From positions 24,304,001 through 24,368,000 of the forward strand of contig NC_047021.1 in NCBI RefSeq assembly GCF_902652985.1: a stretch of DNA of 64,000 nucleotides. Direction: 5' to 3'. The DNA comes from Pecten maximus (Eukaryota). The position numbers and the translations under genes were made by a program. Below the pieces are notes generated by a model that saw nothing but the letters and a program-made list of their open reading frames with translations, searched no databases and had not been told where the DNA came from. Below, in pieces: positions 13,697 through 27,034 of this stretch. Within the stretch, counting starts at the first letter, position 1; each line of letters opens with the position of its first letter.

Positions 13697-14393
13697 TATT
13701 TCAAACTCAGGCCCGGCTTCATCAATATTTATAACGTCTCTAACTTAAAATTTTCCATAGAAAAACATAAAATTTAAGGCAGATAAGATTTCCCCTACAT
13801 TCTGTAATGCATTCCATGGAAAATTTTAAATTGTTTAACGTTCTATCAACAGCCATGATCATTGAGGGAAACAAAACTCTCTAAATGTTTATTTTGGAAA
13901 TCTCGGGTAGAACAATTGAACAATAACTGCAATTTTCTTCCTATCATAAAAAAAACATGATTGCTTGCCTGAAATGGATGACCAGTAATAATACGGACGA
14001 CTTTTGGTTGACATTTTCTTCAACATCTCATCGTCATTGACTCTACTGAATTAAAGTTAAGCAAAAACATACATGTAGATAGTAAATTAATAAATAAATA
14101 AATTTAATTAATCACATAAATTCATAAATATATACATTAATAAATAGTTAACAATATTTCAATGAATAAATAGGTAGGATTAATCATGAGTTTAGTATGT
14201 TTAGAAAAAAAATTAAAATGATAAATGAATAAATAAATAGATAATGGAAAATGTACTGTTTGATCCGGAATTTGAATGCTTCTCGTAAAGATAACCTGAA
14301 TTTAGTTTTTACTTGGTGTAAGTTAAGCAAATACTTACATTTAATTTTTCATAACGGATGAATGTATAGATACTTCGTATACATGTGTATTCT

Positions 14394-15485
14394 GAGGTAC
14401 GGACAAAAGCCCCCCCGGACATTAGCCCCCCCGGACATTAGCCCCTAGGACAAAAGCCCCCCCGGACATTAGCCCCTTTACACTAATCAAAAAGTGGACA
14501 AAAGCCCCTTCATAAAAAAAAATTATATTTATTTTTTTTATTTTTTACGTTTTTTTTTTTTTTTTTTTTTAAATTACAATATATGTTTTAAAGCCCCCCC
14601 GGACATTAGCCCCTTTACACTAATCAAAAAGTGGACAAAAGCCCCTTCATAAAAAAAAATTATATTTATTTTTTTTTATTTTTTACGTTTTTTTTTTTTT
14701 TTTTTTTTTAAATTACAATATATGTTTTAGCAGTGGTTATATTAAGTGCTACATATATATGTAAGTGACTTCAGTCACCAGTGGCTTCTGCAATGTAAAC
14801 AACCAGTTCGAAAAACAACTACTTGAACTGTTACATAAACAATAAGCTGTTTCACAGGTGTTTCGTAGGTTTTATATTCTCCTGGAAAGAAATATACCAT
14901 TAATGGCTTCATTGTTTCTTTGATTTTAATTACATTGTATTCCTAAAATTTAACGTATTACAACACAGAGCAACATGTTTGGTTAGGTACATTATGTACT
15001 TATTATATTATAATTTGAGACACTGCAAATAGGGATCAAATGTTTATTGCTTTTGTAGACATTTCTTTGATTATCAATATTTGCAGTATATTAGGAAGTC
15101 AAAAATTATGTGTAATCAGTAACAATTTGTTCATCATGGAGAACTCTCCTGAAATTTTTAGCTTACTTAATAATATAAAGTTTGAAAAAATAAATTATGA
15201 TGTTTAACCACAGACATATAATGATACACTGACATTGAACCAAGGACCTTCATTTTGCACACAATTATTCTCCAAATTTCAGAGATAAAAACAACAATAT
15301 ATATATATATAGTTTCTGTTTTTCAAAAGTACAGATTTATATCAAGTATACCAGCTAAATTTATAAAGAAGGGGCTTTTGTCCGGGGGGGCTAATGTCCG
15401 GGGGGGCTTTCGTCCGGAGGGGCTTTTGTCCTAGGGGCTAATGTCCGGGGGGGCTAATGTCCGGGGGGGCTTTTGTCCTACATTC
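14394..15485. mobile_element. Mutator/foldback-like non-autonomous element with repetitive TIRs
   Basis: 9-bp TSD GTGTATTCT (14385-14393 and 15486-15494). TIRs are built of GGACAAAAGCCCCCCC/GGACATTAGCCCCC sub-repeats mirrored at the right end. Confidence 0.85.
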
Positions 15486-18171
15486 GTGTATTCTATGTTG
15501 CGAAGAATTCTTTAAAAAGGAATAGTTATCTTATGGTGCTGCTCAAATCGAGTACTGAAATCGTCATTATACCGGGTTACAATACAAAATTGAAACATAG
15601 AAATCCACTTTTAACACAGCTATACAATTCGTTAAGATAAAAAACATTATATCGAACAGTAATCTGAATTTTTCTATTTGAATTTAAAAAACACCCATTA
15701 AAATCCTCATGTAAGAGTGTCCTTGTTGTGCCTGGTTTCTGTAGCATGTTAGGTGTGGTCCAGTCACGAACAGGAATGTTGATAGTGATATGTTGACCGC
15801 TCCGTTTCTGTGTATGTAAAACAACTCTATCCCCAAGTTATGGTCTCGGTGGTCCTACGTCTGTCTAGTGTGTATATGTGGACTTATCACCGAATTTTGC
15901 TAGCTTTACGAAGTTGACGGAAGGTCCTGCACTCTGATACAATAAGAAAGAGGAAAAGTCCCACAAGGCCTGTATACATGGCGAGGACACGATTCACCCT
16001 GTTATGCCATGATAATGTCAATTTGGAGAACATTAATACATGTAGTAATATTTAGTATCCTGCACGTGAAAAAGAGGGACAATTCTATTTTCGTTAGAGA
16101 TATGGCATCAGACCTGTTTGACGCTTGTTGATATGCTTGATGACTCGGTTGACGCCATCCTAGTTCATATTGTGAGCATGAGAAGACATACAGGCACTGG
16201 CTGTTGTCTAAACCTAATGTGAACCCAATCAAAATTTGTTGAAACCAAACATTATGAGCATGTGACATAACCTAGATTTGGCCTTGGTTTATATGGCGTG
16301 TATCGTCGATGAAGTAAAAGCCGTTTGCTCTGCCAGAACACAGACATACACTCATTGTAATTTTATATGGACCTTCATGCAAATGTATATTTTGTATTTT
16401 GTTATCGTTTATCGGTTCTGATTTAGATTTACGATTTCATTCTCAGTTGTTTATGTAGATTATTACACACATTTTTATTCGTCAGTAGTCTCTCCAAGCC
16501 GGGCATGGATTTAACACGGGGATTTTGCCGTTCAATTTTTGTAATTAACGACATAGAAATTCTCTCTATGATAATCAATGCAACGATTCTATATCATTAA
16601 ATAAAAAATAAATGGGGTATTTCTGGATTCTTGGTTCTTATTCCCGTACAATGTATGTCAATATGTACGCGGTTTTACTTTAATTAATTTTAATTTGATA
16701 AAAGGTGATAACAGTACATATCACATGGATGCTTGAAATAATCATGTTTGTCTCTATATTCCATAAAAATCCTCGATTCTTAAAATGCACGTTCATCTTA
16801 TCTTTATGGAGAGTTAGGCTATACGTTCCTCAATGGTGATTCTACCACGATTGCTATGCAACGCCAGTTTTGATTGGTTTAAAACTGTGTATTATTTGCC
16901 AGTAATCCACTCTCATGTCAATAATACACGCTCATGAGTCACGACTGTTACAATTTCCCTCCTCCAAAATCATGCATTTGTAATTATATATATAAACAAA
17001 CATGGCGGTGCCAAAACGTTTGAACGTCGGAGACCGAGTATTTTACAACGGAGAAAGCTATTTGCCAGATTGTTAATTTCTATCAACCCAAAACAAACTT
17101 TGCTAAACAATATGTTAAGATCAATTTCCACGGGCAACCTTTGGAGAGCATTTCTACATGAATTGCTGGCCGACATCCCCGAAAGTTCTCATAATGTTGC
17201 CGTCAACTGGCTTGGGATTGACGTCAACATTTGAATATTCATTAGCACGCGCGCCTTATCGTTTCTTGTGAATTGTAACAGCCATGTAGCGACACATTTC
17301 CAGGGGTTTCTTTGCCGTTTTTCTATTAGGAAGAGGTAGATCTCAGAACTAAACAGTACATGGTAGAATAGAAATCATCAACTTTGACTTCGTTATTAAT
17401 TTAATTGCAACTTGTCCGATAGAACACGTGCGAGGTTTATTTTGTGTGATAACCAGCTTTTATGTACTTTAAAAATGTTTTTGAAAAATAACTTATCGTT
17501 TAAATTTATTTTATGACCATGGGTATAATCATATTATGTGAATATATGTAGCACGAGTTCAACGTTCGGCCGGAGCTCTAAGCACACTTCATGTCGCCAC
17601 TATGAGGGTATGTGTCACGTGCACCGTCATCTATCTTAATTCATATCGAGATAATGAGACTATACGCATCCGCATCCTGTTTGCTGACGCTGAAGATTTG
17701 GACACTGATGGTGACGAGTTATCAACGAACACCAGTGGAATACATCTTAACTAACGACACAAGGTATGCGACACACTTTATCATCATTGGTATTTACCAA
17801 CATCCCGAGAGGGGAAACAACTTGTCTGATATTTTTTAGGAAAGTCGGTGCTGGCTTTCCTTTTTGTTTTATGTGGTATTATGTGATGGATTATCGAAAG
17901 TCTATTTAGGTAAGGACGTGACCCTGACCGCCCCATGACTGTCGGAATGTCCGGTATGGACGGACTATCTAGAGAATGCCTTTCGTCTCCCTGGTGTTGC
18001 TGTCGTCTCTATTGACTCGTCTTCCTAATCACAAAGGAGCGCCACCAACCAAACAAGACAACGTCATCGTCAAAGTTAATGTCCACGCGCCATTATCTCT
18101 CAACCCTCACGCCTCTGGTGTTTCTTGTGATAAACATTAATTTGACTTCTCAAAACAAAGGCGTCTAACCC

Positions 18172-18177
18172 TATAAA
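18172..18177 (+). promoter_or_regulatory. TATA box of g2
   Basis: TATAAA ~95 bp upstream of the ATG at 18270. Confidence 0.6.
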
Positions 18178-18269
18178 TACGTTCGACCCGAGTCAGCGTC
18201 CACACAGAACTCCCAATAAACATCACGGACGCTGAAAGTTGACATCCAGCAAACTTCACATTGGGCGCC

Positions 18270-21200
18270 ATGTTGTTGATTAGTTTACTCGCCTTCTGCG
18301 TCTCTGTTGTCCTTGCAGAAGACCACTGCAGAGACGTGAAGGGATCCAGATGGCTACCCGACCCAAACGATTGTACCAGTTTTTACGTCTGTTTTCATGG
18401 AATGGAATTTAAATACACTTGTCCGACAAACACGGTGACAGATGTTGTAAGTCGCGCATGCGTCCCAAAGGGGTCCCGACTGGACACATGTAAGTATTTC
18501 CATGGACATCACTCTCTAAAACACGACTTCTGTTGCATTTCATTAGCTACCAGGTATTTGCATGTGCTATCTTGGAAACTTAAATAAATAAATAAATATG
18601 TTGAAGTAAGGCATTCGAATAAGGCATGTAGAAATGAGCAAAGATCTATTAGTTTATATATGGTATTCTAAATCATGTACATACATAGTTACAAGGCAAA
18701 ACAATATATTAAGTAAGCGCATGTTATGTTTTATGTGACTATGTTTTATATACTACTAACAAACTTTTGATAAAGATTTCGAGACAGCTACCATTTGTCA
18801 TCAAATGATGTAACCGCTAGCCTTTTTAAAGAGGTATGGCGCATATTGGCCTGTTTCGACCTAACGGTGACCGTTTTCAAAATAAAAAAAATATATGTTA
18901 AAAATTACGTTTGTGAATACAAACCTTAAATCTATATCACATCAATATTCTTATTTGTGAAAAATGTCTTTGTTTATTGCAATGAATATTTCATTAAATG
19001 ACCATAAAGTTGCATCATCGGGCTATTTGCAACTTTCGAGGGGGTTTTCCTGCATTCATATCATTTTTTTTACATAAAGCGCATCAGAAAACCAACTTTT
19101 ACAATGTTTACAATTTTATTCTATGTACCAAAAGAAAACTGAACTCCTATTCTTAAAAAGTGGTCCTCCGATGCGCTGGTATCGAAAAATTGAAAAAACG
19201 TAGTTGATAAAATATTTTAATTTAGCATTAGCTATACTGACTATTACTGATAACATAAACTTCGCATTGACATAATATCGCTTTGCAACCCAAAGGTTTG
19301 GAATTCGAATCACGAAGATGTAACTTTTTTTTCAGATGTTGCTATGTTTCTTAATACCATTTATTTTTTCTTGATCGTATTTGAAAGATATTTGCAACAT
19401 TAAATGCATATTTAATATAAAGTATTTAGTATAAAGAAAAAAAATGTTGAGATAGAAAATTTTCACTTGGATAAAAAAAGAGAGTAATATCATAACCGAT
19501 TTACCCCGTATCATTCAGAGTAAAATGTTAATGAACTGCAGCGTCGACAACAGGCATACATGTGGATGGGCAGTGTAAAATTCCTATTTAACATGTCGAT
19601 TTTAATTTATTTCATATGGTACTAGTATTGATTGACTATATACAGCGAGCCAATTGACCATAACGATCTATTTTGGTACTATAGGAATCACTGAGGTCAC
19701 TTGATATTTTACCTGTATTTTAGCCCAGACTATCGCTGTACTTGGCCTAGGCCAGGATAAGCGGAAAACGACCATACCCTTTTTAGCTTAATTTCTGTAT
19801 TTTTTATTGTTGCTATAGTTTTCCCCTTATAACACAATATTGTCCCTGTCAGCTGTTCTATCATGAGATAAGATTCTTTATATCTGTACTGGACTACGTC
19901 GTATAACATGCGCTGCTATGGTAACGGATCTTGAATCCATAACACGTTTATAAATTCAGAGGAAATCACAGTGTTTTATTTCTCTGATCCAGGTAAAAAA
20001 GGACAAGGAGCACCTGACACGGGTAAGGAAAAACCAACTGTCGACCAAGGGAAGTTAAATACTGACGAAGTGAAGCCAACTGTCGACCAAGGCAAACCGG
20101 ATGTTGACCAGGGGAAACCCAGCTCTCAACAAGTAAGACCGGATGTTGACCAGGGGAAACCCAGCTCTCAACAAGTAAGACCGGATGTTGACCAGGGAAA
20201 GCCATCGTTAGGCGGCCTGACCGTGATACACGCCCAGACCGTGTGTCAATCAACCCCCCGGGATAGACTTCCTCACTCTAACTGTGCCAAGTACGTGGAC
20301 TGCCACTCCGGGGTCCCACAGGTTCACGAGTGTCCCTATCCTCAACTGTATGACACTACCACCGAACAGTGCCAGCACCACGATCATATCCAATGTCAGT
20401 CCAGGAAAGAGCCAAAATCACCTTGTAAGTCACGTCAAGGCTTGACTGCCATTTTTCATTTTATCGTCCTTTTTATTCAGCAATGTAATGTTACACTAAA
20501 TAAACACTTATAATAGTAACATCGGCCACAAAAATAATGATTTTATTTAATGTACCTTCTTATGCATTTCCAATTATGTTTTCATGTTGTCCATGTCAAA
20601 TCCAATTGTCCAGCTTGACCACTCAACTTTTTTTGGCGATCTGTAAAATCCCTGAAAAACAATGAGCAGTCATGTGACAGTTTTATTTAAATGCAAGCAG
20701 ATGATGGCTAAGTAAATATAATGACAAAATACGTAAATTTATATAAATGGTCTTAGATAACTCAAACGTAATCCATATAAACAAAAACGTCACGTTATAT
20801 CCCATAGAATGTCCAGTTTCAATGCACCATTGACATTGTCACAGTGTTATTGTATTGTATTGGAAGTCAAGCTACTTTTTTCGGCCGCGATGTATTCATG
20901 GGGGACACCATTTGTTTACAGCTTTGCTAAGTAGTATGTTATTACTTTATCATGCATGACCTAAAATTCATATAATAGTATTACTTCTGACGTTTGGTCA
21001 ATTTCTCTAGACGGAAAGAGTAAAATTAGTTCCTCGTCTCACCCTACAGGTAAATCAATGGTACCATAGATATTAGTCATATGGTTATATTTCAATTTAT
21101 AATAACATATTTATTACTATTCCTATTGTATTATAATTTATAATAACCTAGGTATTACAATTTTATAATGACCTACGTATTACAATCTTTATAATAACCC

Positions 21201-21745
21201 AAGTATTACAATTGATAATGACCTACGTATTACAATTTATAGGGCATTCCAATTGATAATAACCTACCTATTACAATAGATATTAACATAGGTTATTACA
21301 ATTTAAGGGTATTATAATTAATAATAAACTAGGTAATATGATTTTATAATAACGTACATATTGCAATTGATAATGACCTAGGTTCAATTTACAATAACCT
21401 ACGTGTAAAAATTTATGACAACCTAGATATTGAAATTAAATACCAACCCATTTCTGACGATAGTATTTGCTTCCCTTTGTAGGTGACTACGACGCATACC
21501 AATGCGGAATGTCTTCCCACTGTGTTCCGTGTGAGGTACGTTTCCCCAGTTGTGAGGGGGCTGAGGATGGTCCCAACCCATGGACAGGTCGGGAGTGGAC
21601 ACCTTACTTCATTACGTGTTACAAGGAACGTCTCACCTTCCAATCAAAGTGCACATTGGACGCCTCCAATGCAGGGAGCTATGTGTTCGACCCCATCAAG
21701 AAACAATGCGTGGATGCCAAGAAGCTGGATGTCACCAGGTTATAA
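18270..21745 (+). CDS. g2: secreted multi-domain ChtBD2 protein with repetitive linker, 304 aa; exons 18270-18489, 19993-20424, 21483-21745
   Basis: GCCATG start and signal MLLISLLAFCVSVVLA. Exon 1 is a 6-Cys peritrophin-A domain. Exon 2 has a PDVDQGKP repeat linker plus CAKYVDC...ECPYPQLYD...C. Exon 3 reads DYDAYQC...CEVRFPSCEGAEDGPNPWTGREWTPYFITC. GT-AG phase-1 introns, joined length 915. AATAAA at 21843. Confidence 0.9.
18826..19785. mobile_element. Possible degenerate non-autonomous DNA element in g2 intron 1
   Basis: Imperfect inverted ends AAAGAGGTATGG-CG / CGACCATACCCTTTT. TSD not clear. Confidence 0.3.
21100..21430. repeat. Degenerate AT-rich ~25-27 bp tandem repeat (ATAATAACCTAGGTATTACAATT-like) in g2 intron 2
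   Basis: Recurrent ATAA(T/C)(A/G)ACCTA.GTATTACAAT motifs. Confidence 0.65.
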
Positions 21746-21908
21746 ATCTATATAATAGTGATTAAATAATTTGTTATTTGTTGATTTGATATGAGATTTG
21801 ATATTGTATATTCATCATGTGAATGGTACAGCATTGTTTTATAATAAATTAATATGAACTATTTACGATGTTGTGTTTTGTGTTAAGATATTAAGATATA
21901 CATGTTGT

Positions 21909-22020
21909 CAGGCGCGGATCCAGGATTTTCGAAGGGAGGGAGGGGGGGGGGGGGGGGCAGTAATTTAGTGATAATGCGAGCGCCGTAGGCGCAAGCCGAT
22001 TTTTTTTTGGCGCCACTGAT
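21909..22020 (+). mobile_element. Truncated terminus of a non-autonomous DNA transposon
   Basis: CAGGCGCGGATCCAGGATTTT followed by poly-G and GCGAGCGCCGTAGGCGC. Partner TIR not seen. Confidence 0.45.
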
Positions 22021-22629
22021 GGATTGAAGATATGTTTTCGGCTAGACTTATAGAAATATTTGCTAAAATACTTATTTCGATTAGATCCAACCCGAAATTT
22101 ACTGTACTAAACCTATAGATTGCTAGCATTTGTTTGGGTAAACATGAACCGCTCATCAACTACATACAGAATGCGATACACAAATTAGTTTCGTATTGTT
22201 TCCACAGTAACAGTGTATGCTGAAATTAAAACATTGTAGCAATAATGAAATGGTATAAAATATTTGGACTGATTGGTTTGTAACGAACAACTAATAAATC
22301 CCCCGACAGCAGATCGTCTTAAATGAGTTATTTTTCAGGGAAATCTCGATATAAAGCATTAACGCTTATCATTATATTACTGTAATACAGCGTTGCAAGT
22401 TGCCTACTTGTTCATACATAAAACTGATACGACGCTATTTGTTATTAAGACATATTACCTATATCTCGATCGCCCGTATAGTCCATGTCGCCAATCGATT
22501 GAATTAATGAAAAAATTGTTTTGTGATATTTCCTTGTAGTTGACCGTCTACTTAAAGAGTTTCTCTTCCGCATTTTACCCCTAGTGTCCATGAAGAATTC
22601 TATAAAATATAGATGCATTGTACAGATGT

Positions 22630-23070
22630 CTCGTACTTTTAGGACTCTTCAGTGATGCCAGTGACATCATACAACAGTTTTGTCCTTTAAGGACTTGCCA
22701 GTGATGTTAGGGACATCGTACAGGTGTTTTGTCCTTTAAGGACTTGTCAGTGATGTTAGGGACATCATACAACTGTTTTGTCCTTTAAGGACTTGTCAGT
22801 GATGTTAGGGACATCATACAACTGTTTTGTCCTTTAAGGACTTGTCAGTGATGTTAGGGACATCATACAACTGTTTTGTTCTCTTAGATCTCTTCAGTGG
22901 TGCTACTAGGGACATCAGCTCTTTAGTCTTTCTATGACTCATATCAGTGATGCTAGGGATATCATACAACTGTCCCGTCTTTCTAGGACTCGTCAGTGAT
23001 GCTAGGGACATCATACAGCTGTTTCGTCTTTCTCGTCAGTGATGCTTGTGACATCGTCCTTTCGTCCTTT
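22630..23070. repeat. 49-bp minisatellite array A (~8-9 units)
   Basis: Period 49 (22677, 22726, 22775); unit GTTTTGTCCTTTAAGGACTTGTCAGTGATGTTAGGGACATCATACAACT. Confidence 0.9.
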
Positions 23071-23581
23071 TAAGACCCACCAATAATAAGAGGTGTCAGG
23101 TAAATCTAATGTTAAGATATGGCGGGGGAGAAGCAGCAATCCATAATGTGATCAAGTTTCAAAAATGTAGGATACGTGATGATTTTAGAAGATCATGGGA
23201 TAAGTATATACAGTTGTGAACCGGTGCCACATTTCACAAAAAATAAAACGTGGCATGCACGGAGATAGCAAGCCTCTCAGACTTAAAAGTCTACCAGAAG
23301 AGCTTTAACACCCAGCAATCTCAAAGGGTTTTACAAAAGGTGCACAAATGAACCTTATTCACCATTCGACATCATATTGTGTAAAACATCTTTTGAATAA
23401 TTCTCTGTGATAGCTGAGTGGTACTCTGTTTTGGTTGGTTATCAATCCTCGAGGTTTGCATACCAATGCATGCCATGGCATCTGAATGGATCGTAAAAGA
23501 GACACACGAAGGTATTGGCACCATTGAAAATAAATTGAGAGTTAGATACAGTGGAGCCTAAATTATCTATATTAAACCATA

Positions 23582-23978
23582 AGCTGCTCCGTCCTTCTAG
23601 GACCCGTCAGGGATGATAGGGTCATCACACAGCTGCTCCGTCCTTCTAGGACCCGTCAGGGATGATAGGGTCATCACACAGCTGCTCCGTCCTTCTAGGA
23701 CTCGTCAGGGATGGTAGGGTCATCAAACAGCTGCTCCGTCCTTCTTGGACTCGTCAGGGATGGTAGGGTCATCACACAGCTGCTCCGTCCTTCTAGGACT
23801 CGTCAGGGATGGTAGGGTCATCACACAGCTGCCCCGTCCTTCTAGGACTCGTCAGGGATGATAGGGTCATCACACAGCTGCTCCGTCCTTCTAGGACTCG
23901 TCAGGGATGATAGGGTCATCACACAGCTGCTCCGTCCTTCTAGGACTCGTCAGGGATGATAGGGTCATCACACAGCTG
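23582..23978. repeat. 49-bp minisatellite array B (8 units)
   Basis: Period 49 (23582, 23631); unit AGCTGCTCCGTCCTTCTAGGACTCGTCAGGGATGATAGGGTCATCACAC. Confidence 0.92.
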
Positions 23979-24463
23979 ATGCAATGATGCGACGCAATGC
24001 GCAACAGACCGAAAGAAATTCTAAAACCTGAATGGGAAGGTGCGAAAGACCCATAGTTCAATACAATTAACAATTTACAGTTATGTATAAGCCTTGTATA
24101 CTATTCAATATCGAATTTTAAAAGAAGTAAAGTACATGTGTATACTCGTTAATCAATCACTGTACTGTTTAGATATATCAACACACAATGGTTAAATGTA
24201 TTCCATGCACCATTGGGTCAATGCTTCTCCCTTTCTACATTTTAAAACTTCGATATACCATTTTGATTTTTTTTAGACCAGCTTTCGTTCCGGAAATTCC
24301 AACAGCATTAGGAAATATTATTTATGATTTGGCATATCTATAAATAAATCATTTTGAAAGGCATATTTACGTGTGCGTCTTACTTACGACGCCGACAGAA
24401 CACTGGTTATAGTCAGCAAGACACAGCAATGGGTGTCGTCATGTTGGCGGTAAACCAGTAACT

Positions 24464-26677
24464 AACAAGTGCTAATTGTAATGGGAAACCATTACAGAAG
24501 TCCCCCAAACGCTCCATCAGTCATACCATTACGTTTGGTATACCTCAATATCCCTATATACCAAATTTCATTGAAATCAAACAACATCTAAATTTCGACC
24601 AATCAGAAGCTTCCGTATGGTCGCTATGGTAGCGAACCCCATTCAGTTGATTTTGCAGTCCCCTAATACCCCTACATACCAAATTTCATCAAAACCTGAC
24701 AATATGTAAATTTGGACCAATCAGAGGCCAGGAAATGGTGGCCATTTTGTTAAAATATGAAATTGAGGTTTTGAGAGTGACCGTAGTCCCATGATGTAAC
24801 TACATACCAAATTTCATCAAAATCGGACAATATGCAAATTTGAAACAATCAGAGGCCAGGAAATGGCAGCCATTTTGTTAAAAAGTGAAAGTGAGGTTAC
24901 GAGAGTGACCGTAGTTCCATGATGTACCTACATACTAAATTTCATCAAAATCGGACAATATTTAATTTCGACTAATCAGAAGCCTTCGTATGGTTGCTAT
25001 GGCAACGAAATCCATTCAGTTGATTTTGCAGTCCCGTAATACCCCTAAATACAAAATTTCATCAAAATCAGAGAATTTTTAAATTTAGACCAATCAGAGA
25101 CCAGGAAATGGCGGCCATTTTGTTAAGAAGTGAAAGTGAGGTTACGGGAGTGACCGGTGTCCCATGATGTACCTACAAACCAAATTTCATCAAAATCGGA
25201 CAATATCTAAATTTCGACCAATCAGAGGCAGGGAAATGGCGACCATTTTTTTCAATCTAGAAACGGAAGATGCAGTAATGTTTAAAGTGTCATGAGACAC
25301 CTTAATACCAAATTTCATGAAATTAAAGTTATAATGAAAATATAAGGGGAGCTGGCCTAGAACCCTGGCGTACACCATAGAAATAGGAAAATTTCAAAGG
25401 TGCTGTTGCAGGAATGCTCTAAAACCGCCCACGAAGGAAATCGATCCTTTACTTAATGCCCGGATAGACATATCCATGGGGCATCTGATAGTACATATGA
25501 AAACCTTGTTCCGTTCCGGACATGCCAGAACGAGGCCATTTTGTACCAAAGTCGTAAATACTCACAAGCACACTTTATCAAGTATTTATAAGGTCAAAAT
25601 GTTATTTGTTTGTAAGGAAAATTGTACTAAAATTACATTTATATATCGGGCAACGTAATCGGATATCGATTGTATGAATCTTTTCGTTAGTTTCTGTGAA
25701 ATTTGACATCAAACATAAAAAATGATATTTCTCATAAAGTATGTTAAACATAGTAGAACATAATACATTGCCATGGACATTGTATCAAATCATTTTCATA
25801 ATAAATCAATACGTTGTATTATTGTGTACGACAAGGACCACTTGTATCGCCCGTGCATTTTTTCCACATACATTTTTCAACATTGAATTACTGCCCTTAT
25901 CCAGTGATTCGGCACGACTTTCTTTTGCTGGTATACAGAGGGATAGTCAAATATGTTTTTAAAACACTAACATCGATAGTACTCGCATATTATCGTGCCG
26001 AATTTGCCGCTTGATTTTAAAAATGGTATTTTGAATTTGATGAAAATTTTCGAATTTTGGTTTTCTACGTCATCTTGTACTAAACTCGTTTGTTTTTTCA
26101 TGGTCAACTGTTTATCATTTTAAACTACAATGTATGTACAATACCTAGTCGTGAGAAAATCTCTCAGTGACAAACAGAAATACCACTTATGGGTCTGTGA
26201 AAAACACAGGTATGCTTGTAAACGAAAAAGTGAAGTAGATGGCGCTATGGGCGCGTTTATGGGTCAAGTGGAAAATAACATCTTGTTCCATATGTATTTT
26301 TCATAGCTTTAATGGAAAATAAAGTCAATTTCAAGAAATCGATGTGGGCGGTTCTGCAACAGCACCTTTCAAAAATCAGTAACCGCGACAGCCATCTTTG
26401 ATTTCGGGAAAAAAATGTCTCAAAATAATCTTCACATGTTCATCTTTATTCCCACCAAATTTCATTTCAGTTATAGCCCATTACATTTTAGCCAATTAGG
26501 GGCTCTGATGGCCTTATTGGATGTCAAATCGAAAAATAAATAGTGAGGTGCACAACTTCAGATTGCCATCTATGTTCACGCAAAGTTTCATTTCAATCCG
26601 ACTTACAGTGTTCGAGAAAAATAATAAGAAACGGAGTAAAAACAATAAGTCCCCCAAACTTTGTTTGGGGGACTTAA
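24464..26677 (-). mobile_element. Helentron-associated non-autonomous element (HINE/DINE-1-like) with central tandem repeats
   Basis: Terminal hairpin AAGTCCCCCAAAC-TTT-GTTTGGGGGACTT (~26647-26675). Matching subterminal AAGTCCCCCAAAC at ~24497. Stem-loop TGTAATGG-GAAA-CCATTACA at the other end. Central ~110-125 bp repeats contain ACCAAATTTCATCAAAATCGGACAAT. Confidence 0.7.
25398..26367. mobile_element. TIR element nested in the HINE (Kolobok- or Crypton-like non-autonomous; family uncertain)
   Basis: TIR AGGTGCTGTTGCAG ... CTGCAACAGCACCT plus AACCGCCCAC/GTGGGCGGTT. TTCAA is repeated on both flanks. Confidence 0.7.
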
Positions 26678-27034
26678 CTAACGCCTTCAGAACACTGACT
26701 ATAGTCGGCGAAATAAAACTCAGCAATGGACGGAGTCGTGTAGACGGTAAACCGTTAACTAAGTGTTTCTTTTGTACAATCTTTGTATTGATTTTCGACT
26801 GACCCGAATCAGTGAGATTAATACCAAGACTATCTCGAGACTTGAGGAAAAGTCTACCATTTAAGAACAAGACCACTACCATATCAGTTTTTTTGTTATA
26901 ATTTATAAATTGATTTTAAACAACATTGACAACATAAATATGGTTGATGTGTTCAATCAAAATGACAAAAGAACATGATAGAGAACATAAAGATGGAGGA
27001 CACGTGTTTTTCCTCTGCTCGAGTTTATAAAGTA

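Noticed and set aside
16484-17582. Possible Academ-like TIR element (TAGTCTCTCC... / ...CCGGAGCTCTA)
   Set aside because: The inverted match is weak and no TSD could be identified.
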